Shown: positions 9,753 through 16,200 of the stretch, piece by piece | Position numbering within the stretch: position 1 is the stretch's first letter | Layout of the letters: every line of letters starts with the position of its first letter | DNA from: a bacterium | GTDB lineage: Bacteria > Patescibacteriota > Minisyncoccia > Minisyncoccales > PEYH01 | Direction of reading: 5' to 3' | Assembly (NCBI GenBank): GCA_021158195.1 | Contig: JAGGVA010000023.1 | Location: 1 to 40,732 of the forward strand | Length of the DNA: 40,732 nucleotides | Notes under the pieces: generated by a model | Database searches by the model: none | What the model saw: only the letters and a program-made list of their open reading frames with translations | Told to the model about the DNA's origin: nothing | Position numbers and translations under genes: made by a program

Positions 9753-11801
9753 ATGAATCTTTTCAAATTCAGACCGAGAGACATTTTTTATTTTTTTAAG
9801 AAAATAGGCGTGGAGAAAATTCTTTCTTCGATTATCTTCTGGGGCATTGCTCTTATTCTTTTGGTCCCTTTTATTTTTGACGGAGGTCTTTATTTTCCCT
9901 TTATCACAGGAAAGGCCTTTTATGTAATGGCTTTATCAGAGATTATTTTCTGTCTCTGGGCAATTCTGGCAATTTTTTATCCAAAATACAGGCCTAAAAA
10001 AAATTGTTTAACAATTGCAGTTGCGCTTTACTTTTTGGCTTATTTTTTGGCTACGATCTTTGGGGTAAATTTTCATCATAGTTTCTGGGGAAAATTTGAA
10101 AGGATGGGCGGTTTTGTTTTTTTAGTGCACCTATTTCTTTTCTTTTTGGTGATTGTATCTTTTCTCAAAACTCGCAGACAGTGGATGCAACTTGTTTTTA
10201 TAACCTCTTTTTTGGGAGCGACTATTGGTCTGTTAAATTTTGTTGAGAAATTTTTTGGTGTAACAGTTATTGCTGGAGATAAGAGCGGTCTTTCTTTTGG
10301 CAACGACTCTTTTTTGGCAACATATTTATTAATGGCTCTTTTTTTCTCCCTTATTATTTTTCTGGAAAAACCAAAAGAAAGGTTGTTCTTTTTAATGAAT
10401 AGAAATGATTATCGGTTTGTAGGAGGGCTTTTTACTCTTGCCACAGGATTAGGGCTCTTTTTTACTGGCGGAAGGGCGGCAAAGATTTCGGCTCTTTTTG
10501 GAGTTTTTTTAATATATCTTTTTTACCTCGCATTTTATGAGCAAGAAAAAAATTTAAATAGAGTAGGAAGGGTGATTTTGGTTCTGGTATTAATTACGAC
10601 GGTGATTTTGGTAATAGACCTGTTAATTCCAAACAGTTTTGCTCAGAACATTTTAAGCATTTACACCACTAGGGCTCGTTCGGCCGTTTGGACTACTTCT
10701 TGGGAAATGTTTAAAGAGAAACCCTTGTTTGGTTGGGGCCCGGAAAATTTTGAGTATGGCTTTGTAAAACATTTCAATCCGAAGATGTTTTTGCCCGAAT
10801 ACGGTGGGGAAACACGTTTTGATAAAGCCCATAATGTTTTCTTTGATACTTTAATAGATGCCGGCATTTTCGGCTTAATAGCATTCATCTTAATCTATTT
10901 TTTAGTTTTTCACACTCTTTGGACAGGTTACAAAAGGGAGAAAATAACTTTTAATTTGGCGGCGGGTTTAGGTGCGTTGTTTATAAGTCATTTTTTACAA
11001 AATTTAACTGTTTTTGATACGCCGGGCACTTATGTGCTTTGGATTTTTGCTTTAGGCCTTGTGGCTTTTCTAGCAGATAAACAAGAAGATCTAATCTCTC
11101 AAAAGAAATTTCCAAAATTTTCTTTTTTAAAATTGACAATCATTATTTCTATATTGGCAGCAATGATTACTTCTTTTTACTTTTTTGTAATAAACCCTTA
11201 TCGTGCCTGTGCAACTGTACCGCTGGCCTTAAAGGAGGAAGATTCTCAAAAAAGATTAGAATTATACAAAAAAACACTAACTCTTTCGCCAATATCAAGG
11301 TATTCTATAAGGGAACATTTTGCTTTATCTAGTGCTAATCTTTACGGGGATAATTTAGTTCCGCGTTCAGAAATTGAATTTACTCTTGGGGAGTTAGAAA
11401 AGACAATCAATGAAAATCCCTATGAGGTGTTTTCCGCTTATTTTTATGGAAAGATTGTTCACGAGACAGATCTCAAAAACGATTTTCAAAAACTTGTCAA
11501 AGCAGAGAAATATTTAGAGGGGGCAATAGAAGAATGTCCCAAACTTCAATATTTATACTGGGCTCTTGCCTATATTGAAGCGGATATGAAAAAGTTTGAT
11601 GCAGCGGTAAACTTTGCCGAAAAAGCCATAGCGCTTGAGCCAAGAGTTGAACAATCGCATATAGTTGCTTTGGATATTGCTAAAGAAAAACAGGATGAAA
11701 AGTTGTTTAGGAATGTGATGGAACGTTATTTATATTATTTTCCTGAAAGAGAAAAAGAGGTTTTAAAATTGCTAAAGGATATACTTGACAAAGAAGAATA
11801 A
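9753..11801 (+). CDS. O-antigen ligase/polymerase-like (Wzy_C) membrane protein with C-terminal TPR-like repeats
   Basis: More than 10 TM helices. RSAVWTTSWEMFKEKPLFGWGPENF and KAHNVFFDTLIDAGIFGL are typical of the O-antigen ligase family. The C-terminal soluble alpha-repeat region contains AAVNFAEKAIALEPR. Confidence 0.75.
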   Translation: MNLFKFRPRDIFYFFKKIGVEKILSSIIFWGIALILLVPFIFDGGLYFPFITGKAFYVMALSEIIFCLWAILAIFYPKYRPKKNCLTIAVALYFLAYFLATIFGVNFHHSFWGKFERMGGFVFLVHLFLFFLVIVSFLKTRRQWMQLVFITSFLGATIGLLNFVEKFFGVTVIAGDKSGLSFGNDSFLATYLLMALFFSLIIFLEKPKERLFFLMNRNDYRFVGGLFTLATGLGLFFTGGRAAKISALFGVFLIYLFYLAFYEQEKNLNRVGRVILVLVLITTVILVIDLLIPNSFAQNILSIYTTRARSAVWTTSWEMFKEKPLFGWGPENFEYGFVKHFNPKMFLPEYGGETRFDKAHNVFFDTLIDAGIFGLIAFILIYFLVFHTLWTGYKREKITFNLAAGLGALFISHFLQNLTVFDTPGTYVLWIFALGLVAFLADKQEDLISQKKFPKFSFLKLTIIISILAAMITSFYFFVINPYRACATVPLALKEEDSQKRLELYKKTLTLSPISRYSIREHFALSSANLYGDNLVPRSEIEFTLGELEKTINENPYEVFSAYFYGKIVHETDLKNDFQKLVKAEKYLEGAIEECPKLQYLYWALAYIEADMKKFDAAVNFAEKAIALEPRVEQSHIVALDIAKEKQDEKLFRNVMERYLYYFPEREKEVLKLLKDILDKEE

Positions 11802-11855
11802 AAGAGGCAAGAATATAATTGTTCCTTAAAAAATCTCAAAAGGGGTGATTGGTGA

Positions 11856-12230
11856 ATGGGTAGGAAAGTAGTGGTACTTGGGGAATGCGATCACTGCGGT
11901 ACGGAATTGATATTTGAGAAAATGCCCGATTCTAAAAGTTTTATTGCAAGAGATTCTGTTAAGATTAAGCGTTGTATAAGGTGTGGGGCGCCAGCAGTTT
12001 ATATTAAAGGTTCCGGAGTAGTAAAATGCAGTGCGGGTTGCTTCCCGTTTTTTGTAAAAGATCCAGTTATTTCTCAAGATGGAGAAGGGAAGGTGCTGAT
12101 AGGTAGGCTAGAACTTTATCAGAACCCAAAGAGTTTAAAGAAATTCTATTGTCCCAGTTGTGGTGAGCCGCTTTTACAACGTTTTCGGGTGAAAAGAGTA
12201 AGAGTTTGTGTGAAAAGAGAAAGAGCTTAG
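11856..12230 (+). CDS. Small cysteine-rich (multi CxxC zinc-ribbon) hypothetical protein
   Basis: CDHCG..., CIRCG..., CPSCG pairs. GGGG-type SD (aaaaggggtgattggtgaATG). Followed by a strong terminator. Confidence 0.45.
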   Translation: MGRKVVVLGECDHCGTELIFEKMPDSKSFIARDSVKIKRCIRCGAPAVYIKGSGVVKCSAGCFPFFVKDPVISQDGEGKVLIGRLELYQNPKSLKKFYCPSCGEPLLQRFRVKRVRVCVKRERA

Positions 12231-12239
12231 TACACATAA

Positions 12240-12270
12240 GGGCTCCCCTTTGGGGAGCCCTAACTTTTTA
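12240..12270 (+). terminator. Rho-independent terminator of the zinc-ribbon ORF
   Basis: gggctcccc-ttt-ggggagccc (12240-12260), then taacttttta. Confidence 0.65.
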
Positions 12271-12297
12271 AGTTACTGCTCAAACTAAAGCAAAAAC

Positions 12298-12325
12298 TTG
12301 ACAAAAATTTTAATTTGAGTAAAAT
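12298..12325 (+). promoter_or_regulatory. Sigma-70-type promoter (TTGACA-16-TAAAAT)
   Basis: TTGACA at 12298-12303, TAAAAT at 12320-12325. Confidence 0.5.
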
Positions 12326-12331
12326 AAGGAT

Positions 12332-12400
12332 AGTGGGTGCAGAATCCCGATCTGTGGTCGGCAAAAAGCCTCCTGGTATTTCCGGAGGCTTTTTGCTTTT
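12332..12400 (+). ncRNA. Candidate small RNA of about 65 nt (own promoter, internal hairpin, intrinsic terminator)
   Basis: Predicted start about 7 nt after the -10 box. 6-bp hairpin ccgatc/ggtcgg (12347-12352 / 12356-12361). Terminator gcctcctgg-tattt-ccggaggc (12368-12389) plus TTTTGCTTTTT. No ORF. Confidence 0.4.
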
Positions 12401-12404
12401 TAAA

Positions 12405-12444
12405 CCGCTGTAATAACATTGCCATGGCATTCTTATTACAGCGG
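12405..12444. repeat. 40-nt palindromic repeat, copy 1
   Basis: CCGCTGTAATAACATTGCCATGGCATTCTTATTACAGCGG. Confidence 0.9.
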
Positions 12445-12496
12445 ATTTAAGGTATAATAAAATTGATAAAAGAAAAAATTAAAAGAACTTCAAACT

Positions 12497-13072
12497 ATGA
12501 GCAAATATAAATATTATTTTAGAAAACCCAAATCAGCGATTACAAAAGACATTTTAAATTTCCTTTTTATTGCGGGAGCAGTTTATGTGGCGGCATCGTC
12601 TCCCTATTTTGTTGTGAATCTTTGGAAAAATTACAGGAAATTTAAGAGATATCCTCAGAGAAAGTTTAGTGACTCTTTTCAAAATCTTCGAAGGCAAGGT
12701 TTAATAAAAATAGAAAAGAAAAATCATCAAATTTATATTTCTCTGACAGAAAAAGGGAAGGCAAAAGCAGGGTGGATGCAAATAGACGCCCTTAAAATCA
12801 AAAGACCTAAAAGATGGGATAGAAAATGGCGAATTGTTATTTTTGATATTGCCCAGCTGAAGAAAATATATCGGGAAGCCCTAAGAGGAAAACTGAAGGA
12901 GTTAGGGTTCATTCCTCTTCAGAAAAGTGTTTGGATTTATCCCTTTGATTGCAGAGACGAAATTAACCTTTTGAAAAACTTCTTTGGGCTAAGCGACAAA
13001 GAATTGAGATTAATAATTGCCCAAGAAATAGGAGATAACAAACCCTTTTTAAAACACTTTAATCTTAAATAG
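12497..13072 (+). CDS. PaaX-like (wHTH plus Cas2/VapD-fold middle domain) putative regulator with N-terminal TM helix
   Basis: RWDRKWRIVIFDIAQLKKIYREALRGKLKELGFIPLQKSVWIYPFDC matches the PaaX-family W.G.W..v.f.iPe..R..R..L...GF..l..gvWi.P signature. wHTH-like FQNLRRQGLIKIEKKNHQIYISLTEKGK. Hydrophobic ILNFLFIAGAVYVAASSPYFVV. Confidence 0.6.
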   Translation: MSKYKYYFRKPKSAITKDILNFLFIAGAVYVAASSPYFVVNLWKNYRKFKRYPQRKFSDSFQNLRRQGLIKIEKKNHQIYISLTEKGKAKAGWMQIDALKIKRPKRWDRKWRIVIFDIAQLKKIYREALRGKLKELGFIPLQKSVWIYPFDCRDEINLLKNFFGLSDKELRLIIAQEIGDNKPFLKHFNLK

Positions 13073-13111
13073 CGCTGTAATAACATTGCCATGGCATTCT
13101 TATTACAGCGG
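13073..13111. repeat. 40-nt palindromic repeat, copy 2 (abuts the stop codon of the PaaX-like gene)
   Basis: CGCTGTAATAACATTGCCATGGCATTCTTATTACAGCGG, identical to 12406-12444. Confidence 0.9.
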
Positions 13112-13241
13112 TTTGGTTCTTTATATTTTGTTAGTTTTGTAAAATTATTAGAGCAAATTAACAATGAGTTTTTTAAATTTTTTTAAAAAAATAAAAAATG
13201 ATATTATGAATAAAAAGAATTAAATTATCCTTATATCTTAT

Positions 13242-16200
13242 ATGGATCAAATATTTCCTCCTAAAAAAAGAATCATTGATACCTCCCCCAAGAAGTTAGT
13301 TAAGATTATAGGAATCATTTTAATTGTTTGCCTTTTACTTGGTTTTGGTTATTACTTCTTTCAACAGAGGCAGAAGAGTCAAATTATCGAAGGGCGATTT
13401 GAGATTGTTCCTACTCTTTCAGACGATGCAGGCATTGATCCAGAAACTTCTTTTATTCTTTTAAGTTCGGAAGATATAGCAATAAAAAGGCTAAAGAGAA
13501 TGATCAAGTTTCAACCCTCAATAGATTTTGAGATTAGAAAAGTAAGCAAGGCAGCAAAAGGAGATTTTTTAAATCAAGTTTTGGCTGCCGGAAGCAAAGA
13601 AGATTCAAAAGTTTTTAAATTTGAGATCAAGCCCAAAAAACCATTGGAGATAAACACAATATACAAAATAGTTCTTAGTAAAGATTATGTAGAAAGGGAG
13701 TACAGTTGGGCCTATCAAGTTAAAGCTCCGTTTCAGGTTATTGCTACCCATCCGGGTGATAAAAAAACAAATGTTCCGTTAAATTCAGGAATAGAAATTA
13801 CTTTAAATAGAGAGGGTTTTGTAGATATAGAGAAATATTTCTCTATTTTGCCAAAAACAGAAGGAATAATTAAATCGGTAGGAAATAAAATAATTTTTAT
13901 CCCCCAAAAACTTTTACCAGAGACAGTTTATACAGTGACTCTTAAAAAAGGGCTAAAGGTTAAGGGCAGCAAAGATACTCTAAACAAGGATTACACTTTT
14001 CAATTTGAAACAGGAAAAGAATACTATTCGTCACAATTTCCCTATTTAAGTTTTAATAATGATTTTTTGATTTTTCCCTCACAGACATTTCCAAGGATTA
14101 CCGTTTATTGTAATGAAATAAATTCTCAAGAAATTGAAGCAGAAGTATATAAATTTTCTAGTCCAGAAGAATTTTTAGAGTCATATCAAAATAGCAGAGA
14201 TTGGTCTTTAGGGTGGACTTATTATTATCGTCGGAAAGGAGCCTTTTATAATCCAAAAGAGGAAGAAAAGATATTTACCTTTAAACCTTTTACGGGAAAA
14301 GGGTGTGATTATTCTGCTACCATAATTATTCCAAAAAAATTGGAAAAAGGATATTATCTTTTAAATTTGCCCATTAAGTCCGACTACGGAGAAGAAAGAA
14401 AGTATCAGATATGGTTTCAGATAACGAAACCAATTGTTCATTATTCAGCCGTTACTAAAGATAATGGAATTTTTTGGCTTGCTGATTTGTCAAAAAAAGA
14501 TTTTGTAAATGGAGCCACGATTACTTATATATGTGAAGGAAAAAATTTTACTCTTGGTGTTACTAACCCGCAGGGTTTTTTTCAATTTAATGTTCCCGAA
14601 CCTTGTCGAACCCAGAAAGATAAATTTTCATCAAATTTTTTCAAGATAGAAACAAAAACCTCACTGCCTCTTTTTGTGAAAGAAGAAGATAGAGGGTCTT
14701 ATTTTCCGCATTATTATTGGCAGTCCGATTCTGAGAAGAGTAAATATTGGGGCTATATTTCATCAGACCGCCATGTTTATCGCACAAACGATGTTTTGAA
14801 ATATTGGGGAGTTGTTAAAGAAAAAAACAGCGACATAAGAAATTTTAAGGTATCGGTGGGAATTTATAAGGACTGGTGGTATTCAAGAGGTGAAGCATTA
14901 ACATCGCAAGAAGTGATTGTTTCTTCTCTTAATACCATTCGGGGCGAATTGAAGATTAAGGGAATTCAACCGGGGTATTATACATTGGCTGTTGTTGCAA
15001 ACGATGAATTAGTTGATAGTGTTCCAATTCAAATCCTAAATTACACAAAGCCCACATATCAGATAGAAGTTAATGCTTCTAAAAAAGCGGTAGTCGTTGA
15101 CGAGGTTGTTAATTTTAAAGTTAAGGCGTCATTTTTTGATGGAACCCCAGTTTCTAATTTAAGGGTCAAATATCAAGTATATAATGAGGGACATTCTGAT
15201 ACAGGTTATTTAACTCTGAATGAGTTTGGAGAGGGAGTTTTTTCATACAAATTTTCTAGAAAGAGCGAATATTCGTGGGGTTGTTATTCTTTTGCTGAAA
15301 TTACTGTTTCTCCGGCTGGATCAGAAGAGGGTGAAATTTATGGTGAGGAATCGGTCTTAGTTTTTCCCTCAACTATTTATTTGCAGGCCTTTAAAGAAAA
15401 ATTAAGTAGAGGAGTTTATAAGTTAACGGCGAAAGCAAACAAGATAAATTTTGAAGGTGTTAAGGGAGAGGATTTGGGTTTTGTTTACGAAGAATACTTG
15501 GGCGAGCCGTCAGTTAATACTCTTATAAAAGCGAATATAAATAAAATAACTTACAAAAAAGTAGAGATAGGAACATACTATGATTATATTACTAAAACCT
15601 TTCGCAAAAGATACAGATTAGAGAGGGAAGAAGAACTAGTAGATTCTATACAAGGAGAAACAGATCAAAAAGGAGAATGGTCTTTCAATTTTGATACAAG
15701 TCTCTTTCCGCTGAATGAAGAAAGTTTTTACAGAATAGATTTTATAGTTTATGACAGCAAAGGAAGATATTCTAAAGAGTCAATTTATATTTGGTCTACT
15801 TACTATGATGAATTAGAGATAATAGAAGACAAACCAAGAGGGTCTCTTACTATTAACAATGAACCGTTTAGAAAGGAGTTTGGTCAAGGAGAAGACATTG
15901 TTTTAAAGCTTAAAATTTCTGGAGAGGGAGAACCTTCCAATTCTTATATTTTGTTTTACCGCTATCAAAAGAACATTACTAAAGCAGAGATTGTTCCTTC
16001 TTTAAGTTATCAAGAAAAGTTTGCCGAGGCGTTTATTCCTACAATGGCTTATAGGGCTGTTTTCTTAAGCGCCTATGGGTTTGTAGATAGCAATGAAGTA
16101 ATAGCCTCTTTTGATGAAGAAACTCGCAGGCTATCAATAAGATTAGATAAGGATAAGGAGAATTATAGGCCGGGAGAGAATGTCGATCTAAATATTGAAG

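Noticed and set aside
12333-12353. Simple continuous antisense duplex between the sRNA candidate and the murB leader
   Set aside because: The two complementary blocks occur in the same 5'-to-3' order in both RNAs, so they cannot form one antiparallel helix. The observation is kept only as two separate complementary blocks or a shared motif.
12405-13111. Palindrome pair as IS/transposon terminal inverted repeats
   Set aside because: The enclosed gene is PaaX-like, not a transposase. The two copies are direct duplicates of a self-complementary sequence rather than distinct left and right ends. No target-site duplication is evident.
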